Assembly (NCBI GenBank): GCA_964016885.1
Contig: OZ024743.1
Span: 48,298,001 to 48,362,000 of the forward strand
DNA: 64,000 nucleotides
Source: Eledone cirrhosa
Lineage: Eukaryota
Reading direction: 5' to 3'
The translations under genes were made by a program, and so were the position numbers. Position 1 is the first letter of the stretch; each line of letters starts with the position of its first letter. This document shows positions 10,844 through 27,226 of this stretch, one piece after another. Under the pieces are notes generated by a model. The model was given only the letters and a program-made list of their open reading frames with translations. It did not search any database and was not told the origin of the DNA.

Positions 10844-13563
10844 CATACACACAAGAGAGAGTCCTTATCTATGTTTGTGTCTGTATACCACATAACATAG
10901 TTAAACAAAAAAAATAATTGATAAAATAAGTACAGGGATTGGTATAAGCAACTAAATCCCTTTGAAGCAATGCCCCAGTATGGCCACAGTCAAATAACTG
11001 AAAAGACTAAAAGAATAGAAGAATATAGTTTACATGAATAATTGTGAAATATGTGATTAAAATTGCTTTAGGGAACCAGTATACTGAAAGTTAGAAATAA
11101 ATGAGTGAAACCGAGAATTTAGTAAGACAAAATAAAAACAAATTTCCCCTTGTACCTTATATTCCATGATATCTTAGGGTTACACCCCCCACCCATCAAA
11201 AAAAGAAAAGCAAAATGGAATGTGATGATGGTAGCAAGTTTAGATTCCTCTAACTTGCACTGTACTTGGCTTTACTAAAACAATTTTAACCATATAAAGT
11301 ATAGTGTTTGTTATCTCACATCATTATCATGGATTAACAAGAGCAAAATGCTGACAACTTTAACAGGAAGAAATGAAATGAAACAAACAAATGAATACGA
11401 CAATGAGACAAAGATAAGGGACAACCGATGAAGGAAAGCCAAAATGATGAGGCTATGATGAAGATGACGTCATCAAAAGCAGAAACAAAAATGCCAATGA
11501 TTACTACAAAGAGAAAAATGATAATGACACCCAGAAAAATGAATGTGATGACAGTGAAGAGGACAAAGATGACAAGATAATGATGATAACGATGATGAAA
11601 ATGAAAATGGCAATGAGGAAAATGAAGATGGTGAAGATTGTGGTGATGATGATTTTGACATATAATTAAATGAGATTTTCTACATTGGTGATTTGTTTCC
11701 GATTATCAAAAGCAACAATTGAAATCATCATTCCCTAACATAGCAGTTCTTACTAAAATGAGCTGTGCTCCAAACTTACAAACTTAACTACAGCCTCACC
11801 AAACACACCCTTCTCTAAACACACGTAATAAACTATAGGCAAATTAATATATTTAATGTAATTAAAAGTAATTAGCGCTAAACACTTTGCTCAATATGTC
11901 TGCTCATTAATAATTGCATGCACTATCTTACTACACACACTTCAAAAATTAAAACATGAGACATGGCTTCCAGTCAGTGTGTGAGGACTGAAACTCCTAT
12001 AAAGTACTAACTTGGTATATTACAACCCATTCAATCAATGCTAGTATGGATAAACAGACACCCCCCCTCTCTCTGCTCCTTTCGTGCTGTGTTTTTCAAT
12101 ATAGGACTTGCATATCTTCCGCCTTCTCTTTCTCACTTCACCTTCTGTGTACTCTTTCTCTTCTTGGTTAATATGCTAGGCTTTGTTTATATCTCTTCTT
12201 TTCAGTACATTATATATTATTTGTAAATAGTCGAAAGATCATCATGCAGTCTTGTGTCCATTTGTTACTGTCCCATGTGCACTGGAGATAGTGGTATCAA
12301 CATTAATACACTGAAACCACAAGGACCTCCACTAGTACCGATGAAAAGAGACTGTTCTGTGTTTCGTCCATTTTTCCATTGTCGTCAGCCACCTTTTCTT
12401 ATTCATTTTGTATGATCTTAGCTACATCTTGCATCTTGCTTACATACATTTCTGCACTGAGTGCTCAGGCATCCACTTCCCATGCATGGTTCGATGGTTT
12501 GTCATGGCCTGGGACCAGATAGGTTGAAGCAACCTCATTCTGCTCATATAGTCGATATTTGGCATGGTTTCTATTGCTAGATGCCTTTCCTAACACCAAC
12601 CACCTCACAAAGTGTATTGGATGTTTTTTCATGGACCAACACTAGGACAGAGAAGTTGCTACAAGTTCATCCAGACTGAAGTGCCCTTTCAAACCTTATA
12701 TTGTCTCTGTTCAATTGCCAAAACTGTAACCTCCAGTTTCACATGTTTACTTTTAGTGTCACAGTGCTTATACTGATGGACAGGTCTTTTGTATTAGAGC
12801 ATAATACATGACATATTCCAAGTTTATGATTCATTCCATTACTGCTCAGAGTTTTTCTGTCATGTGTGAAGGAGTGTCTATATGTATGTATGCATATATA
12901 TAAATATATATGTGCACGCACACATATACATCAATTTTTTAACCCAATAGGTTCAGCTATATAAAATTCTTTTTTTTTTTGTTTCTTCTCAAACCAAGAT
13001 TTCACTATTGTTAAACACATTAACATAACTCCCCACCCGATCCCACCCCCTGTAGGGGGGGGGGGGGGGGGGGGGGGGGGTTTACATTATTTTAGAAACT
13101 TTGCTATTTCTGTGATGGATGGGTCATCACAGTCAGTCATTTCTGATTCAGAGTGAATACTCTCAGACTGATCTAGGAGAGTATTAACTCTGAATAAAAA
13201 CCAAATCTGGTAGTACAGACATTTCCAACCCATGCTAGCTTGAAAAGCAGATGTAAAATGATGATGATGATTCATCTCCATTAAAACTACTTCTGCTCTA
13301 CCACACCAAATTTTTACATTTCTAACAAACAGCAGCTGCTCCAACTTCCCTCACTTTAGGAGACAGTTATAGCAGCTGTTGTTTTGTACCAATGCTTTAC
13401 TCCAGCCACATACCTGCTGGTTGTCCTATTATCAATGACCTCTTTCTTCTAAATCACCCACACCACCATCCCCCTCCTGGCTCTTATCTGTCACATTCTC
13501 CCTCATCTCTCAACCAGACATCATCTTTTCCAATTTCTCTACTGCCCATTCACTCTGTCTTAA

Positions 13564-13777
13564 CCCTTTAGCATTTGCATTACTTTATATATTCTATTGT
13601 ATTTTCGCAGTAAAGGCTTTATCTCATAATTATCTCTCAAAATATCAAATCTATAAGATTTTGATATTTATTTTGAGGACTATCTTAACATAAGTATGAG
13701 CAGCCAGTTTTGGCTGGTTTGAACAGAAAGAGGTGAGCCCATCCTGGCCGGATATGGCCGGTTTAAATGCTAAAGGG
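13564..13777. mobile_element. Young piggyBac-type MITE (~210 bp)
   Basis: 13-bp TIR ccctttagcattt/aaatgctaaaggg, TTAA on both sides (13560-63, 13778-81); inverted relative to the copies at 19058 and 27443. Confidence 0.9.
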
Positions 13778-15736
13778 TTAAGCTACTCAGCTTCGTTCTC
13801 CCTTCAAATAGCTTTCCTAAACTTAGAGTATTTCTATCATTATTAGCTGAATCCATGGAAATGCTGCAGGTGGAAGGGCAAAAATAGAACATTTTAATGC
13901 TTTATTTATAAATTTTAAATGCGAGTATATGTTGGAAATCCTGAAGTATTTAGCTAATTCACACTTTAACTGAATGAGCACTCAATATTGTTCTAAGTAA
14001 AATGGAGGCAGTGACTTCGAGGTTTCAGCTTACTTTATCTGATGTAGTACATCCCCATCATGAACTTTTCAAGATGATGAAGGCACACACACCTGTATGA
14101 CATGACCATGGCTCCACCTCCTAGCTCTCGACAACACTTCACTATGGCAAGGCTAATACCCTACCTCCTACACACTAACAGCACTGGCAACCAAAGTATT
14201 GTGAAGAGTTAATTACATACATACAATGCAATAAAACAAACAAAACTGCACAAAAGAAGGCCATTCAATTAGAAGTTCATGATAAACGATATTTTTCATA
14301 AAAGTAACTCCAATTTTAATGCCCTGATTTTTTTCCTCGAGAAAGCAACATGGGATTGTTGTTGATGACGGAAAACTGTGCAATAAGTAAACTGCAATGC
14401 TCCCAAACGTGTGTTGAGCTGTGTTATCAGTTATGAAATAAACTTATTTTAAGGGAACCTGCCCGAGGAAGAGTAAGTGGTGGTTGGCAGTCCAGAAATG
14501 AGTGTGATAAGGTGTGTCAAGTATAAACAGAGTTGATAGAGTGATAGGTGCCAATAAGTGGTGTATATGACAGGGAGAGAGGGACTGATGGTTGACATCA
14601 TAGAAAGGGTGATAATGTGTATTGGGTATAAACAGATCTGATGCCATGCATCAAACATAAATATTATGATGGGAGAATGAAAAAGAGGTGGTAGTGTTGG
14701 ATTGGATACAACCAGATCTAATATCCTTTTTTATTACACAGGCAGTGTGAAGTATAGGTAAGAGGGTGAGTGGAAAGAAGGTGTGATAGATAGATGAAAG
14801 GTATCAAAAATGTAAGTAGAAACTTAAAAGAGACATATTAGGCAAAAGACCCATATGTAGATATGTTATACTTTCCACCTCCATCACTACCACTGTTTTA
14901 ACATTTGTTTTGCCATGCTTACACAGGGAATGTTTCTCTATCACCATATTTCACCAATCATCTTGAACCTTTATCATCTCTTTTGTGAGGCTCAGTATGC
15001 TGAGAGCAATCTTATTATACTTTGTCCCATGTCTTCTTCAGCTTCATTCTTACATCCACTTTCATTATCCAGTATTTCTTTATGTAGCTGTCGTCTTCCA
15101 TACATAATACAATCCCATACCAATGCAATCTTCTCTGTAGTTTGTTGTTCATGTATATTAACATTACACATCTAGTGGGGGTAGTATGCAAGAAGACCTC
15201 ACGAAAGCAGTCCTATTCACTGTCAGTCCTGATTGTGGTGTATCAGCAGAAATATCTCAGTCATGTTTTCCAAGACTAACCTAAGTTTAGTTATTCTATC
15301 ACACACTCTAACCACTTCAATTACTTTATGTTTCCATTACTCTGCCAACAATATTACCTACTTCATCTACCAACAATAAGTTGTAAATCTGTTCTTTACA
15401 CATGAGAAGTTTGACTGAGTTTCTCCTCAATCTCACCTCATGTACACAGCACACATCTATGTCTCCATTCCAGCATTTCTACAATCTCTCTTTATCATAA
15501 TGACATTGATTGTAGCAGTCCTAAAATTTTGAACCTGACAGAAAGAGGAGTGTGTGGTTGATTTGAAATTCTTTTGTTTTCTGTACCTGAAAGGAATTGT
15601 GTGTGCTAATGGTTGGTGACAGATAATAGGCTCTTTACAGGCCAGGTCATAAGCTGAAAGACACTCAGCTAGACATAAATAGATCTCAACAGCAATAGTC
15701 AAAGAAGGATGTCGGCAATAATGTGTGTGTGCACAG

Positions 15737-15791
<55 letters not shown>

Positions 15792-16095
15792 TGTGGTTAA
15801 GAAACTTTCTTCACAATCACATTGTCTTAGTTCTATCCAACTGAGTAGCACCTACTATAGTCTTGGGCTTATCAATGCCATGCCAAAGAAGCCTGCTATA
15901 CATGTGTGTGTTCTCTTTTCATTCAACATCATAAGCAGTGATGTTTGGTTATGTTGCACTTCAACGGAGATCCCATTGTTTAGCAGGTAGATATGCAAAG
16001 ATCCATACCTTACAGGCAAGAGTTGGCATAAGGAAGTATTTCCAGCACTAGAATTTTCATCCAACCCATGCCACCATGAAAAAAAAAATATATAT

Positions 16096-16591
16096 ATGGA
16101 ATAGAATGAAACGAAATTTCTTTTCTCACTCTTAGTACGGCACTTACTTAAATGTAAGTATGTATGTATGTATACGTACATACATATATGTATACAGACG
16201 TACAGTAGTATGTATATATATACATACATGCACACATATATATATGTGTGCAAGTATCGGTTTACCAAACATTTATTATAATGCTCGGTTTGTTTGTTTG
16301 TAAACAAACAAACAGCCCGAATTACGCCGTACAGTGTTTAGGAAACCACGTCACCTTTTTTTGTTCAACACTGACACAGGAACGATGTACTAGTTTCAAG
16401 CTTATTAGCTATCGTCAGCATCGTATACCTTCCTGCCAGATGGTTGAACGTCTGAAAGTATATACTTTCCTTATGCGTATTAACGGCTGAGCAGCCTAAT
16501 TTGCATATCGAGTGAGTTCAGTCGGCCGGGCACGCCGAAAACGATAAATGGAATAGAATGAAACAAAATTTCATTTCTCACTCTTAGTACA
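16096..16591. repeat. Unclassified CpG-rich element bounded by a ~45-55 bp direct repeat
   Basis: atggaatagaatgaaac(g/a)aaatttc(t/a)tttctcactcttagtac at 16096 and 16548; hairpin tcggc-N7-gccga at 16522-16538. Confidence 0.55.
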
Positions 16592-17526
<935 letters not shown>

Positions 17527-18932
17527 TATATATATATATATATATATATATTTCATTTCATAAAGCTAAAAATTTTGTACAGCAATTCAAATCACAGATA
17601 AATTCATGAAGAAAAAAAATCTCAACTCACACTCACACCAGTGATAAGAAGAGCAAACTATACAAATGAAATGGAGAAAGATAATGACCTAAATTAGAAC
17701 ATAGCATCTTTCTCCTTCAATTTCTTTCTTTAATACTCTCTATCTCTTTGTCTAACTCTCTCTTCCTCTCTATTTCATTATTTCTCTCTCCATACTAGGG
17801 TCTTTCAGTTTATTTAATCCTTTCAATACTGTATTTCTAATGAAATGCACTAACGATTCAACTAGTTTTGAATATATCAGGAATTTGGGGAGGATTTAGT
17901 AATGTAACTAATGTTCTCGCTATTAAGTTGGTGCATGGAGCATAATTTAACAAAGATACTGCAATGCTAAAAGTAAATGTGGAGAGAAGTCGGAGACTAC
18001 AAGAAGTGGAAAGGGTCCTTTCAGCCTGCAGTATACAACATAACCTCTCTAGTTGGTATCATGATGGAACACACTCAGTACAGCCTGTAAGGGGGTGGAC
18101 AAACAAACCAAGACACTATAGGATAGAGATCACTCTTTTGCTGAGTATATGACAATCTCTCTCATGTATATGACAATCTCTCCATGAAAAAAATGCATTC
18201 AATACACTCTGCAAAGTGATTGCATTAGGAAGGGCCTCCAGCCATAAAACCTATGCTAAAATATGGAACATATGAGCAAGATGTGGGTCTCCAACCTGCC
18301 TAGTCTTGGACTGTGACAGCCTATCAAACCAAATGCTAGCATCAAAAGCCGAACATAGAATGATGATAAACACTTGAAAACAAAGTTTTGTGTTATAGAA
18401 GCAGGAGCAGCTTGGTATCAAAAGGTTTAAATATAGAGTAATAGAAATTCTGCACCCTAAGCACTTATTATTTCTGATTAACACCCTGTTATTGTTGTTG
18501 TTGTTGTTAAGGAGATTTTTGCTTGTGGGGAATAATGCTTAGTTCTAAAATGAATAAGTTTGGATTTTTAGACTAAACCCTATTCCTTTAAGGATACACT
18601 GAACAAATGGTTGAAATAAGACAAGTATATGAGGATTTGGTTTTCAACCTAACTGCCCAACCGATTATAGCTATAAAAAATACCAGTCAAGTACTCAAAA
18701 TTTAATCCAAGTACATCTCAAGGTCTATTATTGGAATGCTATATAATCAACCAAGGCATACACTACTGACAAGCACAACAGGCAGTTAAAATATTCAGAG
18801 ATACCAAAATATGTCACTTTGGTATTTTACAGTCAATTATAACCAGTAGTAACTGATGACTCATTTTCATTCTTGCCTCCCTACTAATTTTGCTTCACCT
18901 CATACTTTTAAGGAAATAAAATTAGCATTTAA

Positions 18933-19374
18933 CCCTTTTTGTTACCACATTTCCAATGAAATAAACTGTATTAATTAAAGATTTGGATTTAATTAATTGA
19001 ATTAATTAAAGATTTTGAAAGATTTTTACTAAAATTATCTAATAATTCATTTATTAACCCTTTAGCATTTAAACCGGCCGTATCCGGTCAGAATTCTCTC
19101 ACCTCTCTCTGTTCAAACTGGCCACTCATACTTATGTTAAGGTATTGTTCTCAAAATGAATAATATCAAAATCTCAGATTCGATATTATGTGAGAAATTA
19201 TGTGAAATAAAGCCTTTACTGCAAAAATACAATAGTTTATATAGAGTAATGTAAATGCTAAAGGGTTAAGATGTTATTTGCAACATAAAAGATTGTTATA
19301 TCAAAATATACTAGAGATTTTTAAATAAGTACTCTTTAAAATTAGTGGCTTTGGATGGGCTGGTATCAAAATAG
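18933..19374 (+). mobile_element. Old TTAA MITE carrying a nested young MITE
   Basis: ttaa|cccttttt gttacc ... ggtatcaaaatag|ttaa termini; interrupted at 19054-19269. Confidence 0.7.
19058..19265. mobile_element. Young piggyBac-type MITE
   Basis: Same 13-bp TIRs and TTAA duplication as 13564-13777; internal sequence clearly homologous. Confidence 0.9.
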
Positions 19375-19763
19375 TTAAACATATACTAGGTCATACAATA
19401 TTATGGACAAGTTCATTGATTTTGCATCGATATGCAACACAAAAACTTTTAATTATTCGTAAAAAAAATGTTTAACTCTTGTTACTAAGCTGACAAACTT
19501 CCTCTTACTAAGCTGACAAACTTCCAAACACCAGCTTAATAATTATTAGCTCAATTGCTAAATCCTTTCAAATTTCTAACTATTTTCAAAATAATCTGAA
19601 AACCACAGGCATTACAAATATAGTAACGAAAGGGTTTTAATCATTTTTAGACTGAATATTTTGTGTTTTATCAGTAAATATAACTTAAAACTTTTTATAG
19701 TTTAAATGCTATCAATATTACAATAATTTTCTTTATTTAGTAATAAATTAGACAGAAATTCTA

Positions 19764-19811
<48 letters not shown>

Positions 19812-22800
19812 GAAGAAAAATAAATTTACTGGGTGAGTTAGTAAGTTGCCTTCATCAGATTACTGTAGTGTGTTACAGAAAGTTCAGAGAAATCTAAAGA
19901 TAGATACTTTTATACCATTCAAACTACTCAATCTGTAGACTTAAGGCTACATATGACATTGAGAATGTGAAGGGCAATGAGTTTCAGAAGGGCTGTTCTT
20001 ATGGCAAAACAAAATAAGATTTTACATATTGAAAATACTTATTTAACTCTCTTGTGATTGTATTTGCTCATGAAATACACTAACTAAATTAATGAAGAAT
20101 TTACTACAATTATTATTTCATTAATAAGATGGCATTTGTTACATAACTTAAAAGGTTCTTATATCAAATAATGTTCAAGAGTTAATTTAAATAGGAACCT
20201 GTTGCAGTGGTTTGGTTTAGTTTCAAAGAAGAGGAAGCAATTTTGGTCGGATTGGTATCAAAAAGGTTAATGCCTATTTTTTTTTATATTTCTTTCCTTT
20301 TTTCAAAAACTAAATGTGTTTAATTGTTGTGGTAAGAATTATCAAAACTTTTTTTTTTATTATTAATGTTGCTCAAATTTCTAGATCACAAAAAATAAAT
20401 AAATAAATAAACATTAGAATAATCCATTTTGTAAACATGTTCTCATCATCCCATCATACTGTATATAGTAACCAAATTATATACATAACAAGCAGTTAAG
20501 CCATGCCAGGATTTTTCCACCAGAAACAGATTACTGCAAAAGCTGCTTCTCCAGCAGTTACTAACTGAAAGTAACATTTCCCTATTTACTTAGTTATCTG
20601 TGCCCATCACACCTACATAAACCTAGTTTTTGTATGCAACAGTTATATATATTTTTTTTTTAATTCTCAAGAGAAAACTTTACGCCATCACTTTACGCCC
20701 ACTTTCTATTTAAATATTTTCAGTGAGTGGATTTCCCAGAATATTATTTTTCTTTATATATACATTTTTTTTGTTTTAAAGAAAAACTATTTTTCTTTGC
20801 TGATAAGAAAAGTAGAACAAAAATTGTGCAATATTGTAGTGTTGGACAGTAATGTTATAAAACCAATGAAGCAGAAAAAACTAAAAATCATAAATATGAG
20901 TCTTACTATGTCTGGAATGTTAGTTGAGCATTTAAGTCAGAGTTAAATAAAGGTCAGCATATCATAGTAACAGTTTTATCTTCCATGTTGTTGGAGGTGG
21001 ATAAAATAAAAGAACCACTTTTCTTCTTTCTGTGTCATTTACCTGTGATGCTTAACATTCTGAGATCCAACTTCACTTTCTCTTGTAGATACCTTCCGTG
21101 TCAGCACACTTCACCTTTAGTCCTTTCTTTAGCATAATTCTAATGAAAACACTATGATTTTCAATTTATTTTGAAAATCAAGAATTTGAAAAAATTTAGT
21201 AATATAACTAACTTTCACATTATTAATCTGGTGTTTAGAACATAACAAGGTTCTCACATAAAATCTTGATGGAAGGTTTTTAGATAAAGATAAACATTTT
21301 AAAACAATTTAAAACAATTTTGTATTATAGGATCTGGAATGGTTTCAAGCAGTTTAGTATGAAAAGGGTTAAAATTTATAACAATGTTTCTAATGAGATA
21401 TACTATATTCTATTTAATTAATGAAGAATTAGGAAGGATTTAAGAAAATTGTAAGATTTTAAATTAAATAGGAACCCTTCAATCAGAGTTGACCCAGATC
21501 TTATCAACAATATTTTATATATATACTTTATACAGAAATACACTCATTGCCATCAACAATAACTCCCTGAACTTGTTTAATTTCTTTTTGTACTCTAACA
21601 ACTATACTCTACAACCATCCTACCACTAATTAAAAGGGTCCTTAACTCTTGACAGAATCAATTTCTTCTTCTGATATTCAAAGGGATAAAAGGCAAAATT
21701 TACTTCAGTGAGATTTGAAATTAGAGTGCAGGAACAAATTAGCAAGGCATTCTTAATCCATCACCCTAACGACTCAACTAATTAGGTCACCAGAAATCAG
21801 AGGAGTCTTGCCAATAAGGACTTTAACTAGAGTAAAATTGTTAGCAATGTATTTACAAACTAAACAAGCAAAACAAGTTCCAAGAACAATTTCAGAGAGG
21901 CTGCTTTTCTCAGTGACTCTTCAATTTTTATGTCTCCAAAGCACTAAATCCTAACATTGAGCAGCTCAAACTCATCAGCTATGCAAATAATTTTACAGCT
22001 TTTGGTTCAAACTGATCAAGATATGGTTACCAATAGAAGACTGTCCAGTCACTGTGTTTTTAGAGGAGTTCTTTCATACATTCTATAAAATCAGGTATAC
22101 CTCAAATTTCAATTGTCTCAAACACTACTTTTTCTTCATTAACAACATTATCATTTTCACCACTCTTAACATTTTTAAACACCCAACTCACCAAGAAACT
22201 GCCTCTAATAAAATGTTCAAATTTAAATTCTAATATTGGACTGAAATATTATAAGCTAGATAATATTAGATTTTAATAGTTAAATATTTGTTTTATTATT
22301 AAATTGAAAGTTTATGTCACTAAACTTCTCATAATTCTTAATTACTTTTACGATTCAACACAAAGGCAATATGCTTCTTAGAAACATGGCCATAAAAGGG
22401 TTAAATTTCCACACATGCAATCTTGACATTTCACTCTAAACTTGTCCTACAATAAACCTTGAAAACGCACTGTAATAAGAATATAACAACCTAGCACCAT
22501 TCAATTACTCCAAAGCACACTAACAACATATTTCATGCACTCCATCACCCATGGGTGAACTTTGTTGAAATTATGACTGACTGAAAAGATCTGCGCCAGA
22601 CATCCACGATTGCTACAACATATACCAAGAAAACAGTCTCCTAAAATTACACCATTCCTGCACAAGAACACCACCACAAACCTGCAAAAAATGCTAAGTC
22701 CCACAATTTTTGCTGATTTTTCATGGTAACCATATATTTACAAAATTGCATCCCAAAAGCCAGGTTTCCTTCTCAAAGTCAGAAAAGGCGTCATCCATGA

Positions 22801-22954
22801 ATATTTATGGACCTTCAACAAAGACAAACAACATTCCGTTAGTTCCTCTACACTACTACAGCTCTTGATAAATTGAGCTATTAATCTATGTACCACAATC
22901 AACCAAATGTATCCAATGTACTCACTTTCCATAATACCTATGATTCATATTTTT

Positions 22955-23002
<48 letters not shown>

Positions 23003-26000
23003 TACCTAATTCTTTATCACTAGAACTATCTTCTGATATGTCTTTCCCCTCATTTTCCTTATAGATATTAACCAACAGAGATCTAATACTTTTTATACCA
23101 AACCACCTAAAATTTCCCTTGAGTCTTCTCATACAAAACTGCATATTTTAAATTATATTTATCTAAAAACTTTCCATCATAATTTTATTTTAAGAACGTT
23201 TGTTAAGATATATTCTAGACATCAACTTAATAATGAGCAAATTAGTTTTATTAGTGAATCCATCTAAAATCCTTATTATCTTTTTAAACTATTTGAAAAT
23301 CATAGGCACTATTTTTCATTAGAAATACAATAAAGATTGGGTTAAGCTGAACATCAACAATACCACCCACATAAATGTATCTCCTCAAATTAAACAAATG
23401 TTTTTGCTCCTACTGTATTGTTTACCAATTGTCAAGTATTGTGCTTGAAATATTACTGAACAGAAATGAAAAATTGTGAAGTGTTTAATAATACTGCAGA
23501 TCATTAAGTTTGTGAGGTTTCTTGCATATTAATGCATCACAGCACAGAACAAGCTTATGAAGTTATCAAACATCTTGTTGAAAATCTTAACATAGCAGCC
23601 ATTGGTTTTCCATTTGCTAAGTAGCACTAAAAGGAAGATGTAAATAATTAGTTTCCTATTAGAAGGAATATTCTCTAATTAAATCACAAAAGTTTCAATG
23701 TTGTGTAAACAATATACAGAGATCAATTATAAATAACAAACTAAAAACATTTTTTTTTTTAATTCCCCTTTTTTCAACATATACAGGATAGTGTTTATTT
23801 ACTTTTTAAATAAACTTCAAATTATAGGAAAGTTAATACTATTTAGTTATTGTTTTCTTTTCATGAATACTTTAACTCTTTTTATATCAATCTGCCTTAA
23901 AATTGTTTCTGTTTCTTAAGAGACAAAACTACTTATTTTAAATACCACCAAATTCTTGATTATTTTCAAAATGATTTGAAAATGAGAGGTAATGTCTTAT
24001 ATAGAGTACTGAAAGAGTCAATAATACTGAAGTCAAATAATACAACCAAGACCTTTTGATGTTTTCTTTCCATAATTACTTTGAATATTTCTTACTTCAA
24101 TTACAAACCTATATAAAAACAGACTTCTAAAGGTCTTTCAGAGAAATGTAAACTATTATTATTGTAATTAGTGTACTTGATGAAGTAGTAAATAAAACTC
24201 ATTTGACTTTGTTGGTTACATGAATATGTAAGCAGTGTTACATTTCTTATGCTTCTTTGCAGACAATTCTATAACCAAAAATAAAATGATAATTCTGTGT
24301 TGATTTATGGGGAAAACATTTATCTAATGTTGATGTATGTGTGTGAGTGAGTGTGTTTATATACATACATATTGTAAATGAAGATAAAACAGATTCAAAA
24401 TAGAAATAGCTAAATATGGAATGATTATAATGTTTATTGTTCATATGAAAAGAAATATTGATTTAATTTTTTCAACAATCACACCACTCAAGTGATGGGA
24501 GACTCAAGACATGGACTGGAAAGCAAGGGGTGGTATGAGGAATGTTGGAAGACAGCTGGGAAGAGAAAGGAAAAGGGACAAAGAATACAAATTAGCAGAA
24601 GCTCATAAAACTGTCACCTTTAGTCAATAAATACTTAAATAATAACACATCGCATTTTGTATACACATATATAAAGAGAGAGCAAATAATATTCAGGAAA
24701 ATATACATACTTTTAAGATGGTAAAAAGTCATTTTTTTTCCTTACAGCAATGTTTCATAGACCAAAGAACGAAGCGAAACCATCAATCTAAATAATCAAT
24801 TATCGATTTTGGTAAAACACCAAAAGACAGGATCTAATCATAGAAAGATACTATAAACATTCTGCTAAATCATTAAAGGATGTTAAAAATTAATTAGCTC
24901 AAGATAAAAGTTAGGCAAAAGAGTGAATTTAACTGAATGAATATAATATGCTATTGTTAACTACCTCTGGTTTTAATGGTACAAAATGGCCAGTTTTAAA
25001 GCATATTCATATCCAAATTAAAATCTTCCCTCCAGCTAGTATCCTACCCAGGAATGGCTTTATACCACGAAAACAGAGAAAAACATTTTATGCCACAAAA
25101 CCAGAACAAAGTATTTTTCAAAATCTAAATATCATTAGTTATATTAGTGATGCAATATCAAGTAAATATATCTAAAATGCAATCATGTATTGTGTAGCTA
25201 CTTCAAATATTCATTATTGAAAACAAGAGTTCTAACATTAACCTCAACATCTTTAGTGTAAAGACTTTAAAAATCAAAAAAGTTATTTTATTAAATCTTT
25301 CTAACATATGCACTGCCCAAATGCAAAAAAAAAAAAACACAGATTTGAACTAAAGATGTATTGCAGTATCCAATCAACCAGATTCACTTTTACAAATGGA
25401 CAACTGCAATTCATGTTAATAGCATAATTCTTTCAACATGCTGGGCATACTAAATACTACTGTTTTCTCACAGTTGCAGCTGATCGAGTTGCTAGGATGC
25501 TAACCAACTAGCTGAAGAGTTGATAGTCTCCAGTTACTGATACTGTGCACCTGGCAAAAACATTTAACTCAGTCCACCTAGCTGTAAACAGACATTATGT
25601 TCACTGCTAAAAGCAAGTCAGTACACATTGTTGAACAAGAAATGTATATACACTAAGTTCAATTATAGTATAGTTCAACTAAATATAATCAAATCCAAAT
25701 ACACAATGTATTAAAAAACTTTAAAATATTTGTTTTACTAAAAATTACAAAACTACAAGTGTTTTAAGGCCATTTTCTCTGCTAAAGCAGGGGTGAGTCA
25801 TGAAGGCCCCATGACAAGATTTATAGACATTATGAGGTCCTTTTTGAGGCAATGTGTCATGGCTAGAAGCCCTTCCTAGACTCAACCCTTTTAGCCATCT
25901 CTTATGTCACACAAGAATATAGTGTAAAGATTTCCTTATGCATCTACAAGCATTATAGTAAACCATTTTCCCTTCTTTTGATAATTAAATATTGCTAACA

Positions 26001-26374
26001 TATGTGAGTGTAATAAATTTTACAGCTGGATGCTCTTCCTCGGTCTAAACATTCAACTGTGAAATAGGAAAACCCTTTTAATACCAAACTGTCTGAAACC
26101 ACCATCCCTGGTACTTCAGTAGAAAACTGCTTATTTTAAAGTGCTTACATTTATCTAAAAACCTTCCATTTAAGAACTTTTTTTAAAATATGTTCCACAC
26201 ACAAGCTTAATTATGAGAAGGTTATGTGATTAAATCCTTCCAAATTCTTGATTATTTTTACAATTATCTTAAAATCTGTCTTTTATTAGAATTATGTTAA
26301 CAAAATTCAAGCATTACAACTTAGTAAAAACTGAAGGAGAATAGGACAACTAATGAGTTAATGGCTAATGATGA

Positions 26375-26745
26375 GAGGTGGTGTGAGAGAGAGATTGATC
26401 GAAAATATCTCATTGCCAAAGGTATGGTTTAGAGATCAATTCTGCTGTATGACACCTTGGGTGCATTTATTCGGATTGACCAATACCTTATGAGTGAAAT
26501 TTGGTAGATTGAAACTATGCAGAAACCCATCGCGTGCGTGCGTGTGTGCGTGCGTGCGTACATATATACTTGTGTTTCTTTATATCTTGTAATTTAGCAG
26601 TTCGTCAAAAAAAGATTTGAAGAAATATATATTAGACTTAAAAAAAGATGAGTACTGCAGTGAATATTATCAACTAAATCCATCCAAGGTGTTGCCGTAG
26701 CATGGCCACAGTCTAATGATTGAAACCAGGAAAAGAAAAAAGAAA
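26375..26745 (+). mobile_element. tRNA-derived SINE family C (CORE-like accttggg motif, central (TG)n, ccagcatggccacagtc tail)
   Basis: Shared blocks gtgaaatttggtagattgaaact and gcatggccacagtctaatgattgaaac; other copies near 28870-29010, 29772-30095, 31700-31850(-), 40650-40812(-) and a tail at 10925-11020. Confidence 0.65.
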
Positions 26746-27226
26746 AGGGAGAAATAACTGAAATAATTCAGCCTAACTTGGTATGCACTGACCATAACAA
26801 AAACAATATCATGTCTAACAAGACTGTTTCTGTGACAGCCAAATAATAATTAATAAATAAATAAATAGAGATAGAGAGAAAGAAAGAAAAGAAGTTCTCA
26901 CACTCAGACAAAAAAAAATATAGTAAAGATAAAAACTGATGAAAAGCACAATAACAGTTCTGATAATTCAAGTCAATAATATCGACATGAATAGATCTCA
27001 GCAAGAATACTGTAAACGGTCAATCATTGAAATATATTATCACATTCTTTTGTTAGATATATCAATGAACTCTTTCAATATGTTAACTGTCTTCACATAT
27101 CTGTTTCTATGGTTACATCTTAAATATTATGCAACCAAATAGTTTTATCTCTTTTTCTTCCCAAAATATTTTGGTGCTTGCTTATAAGATGGTTGCAAAT
27201 TGGCAGTCATTAGAACATTGGATTAA

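Noticed and set aside
11380-11660. Asp/Glu-rich coding-like stretch
   Set aside because: Degenerate (GAT)n low complexity with stops and no splice context.
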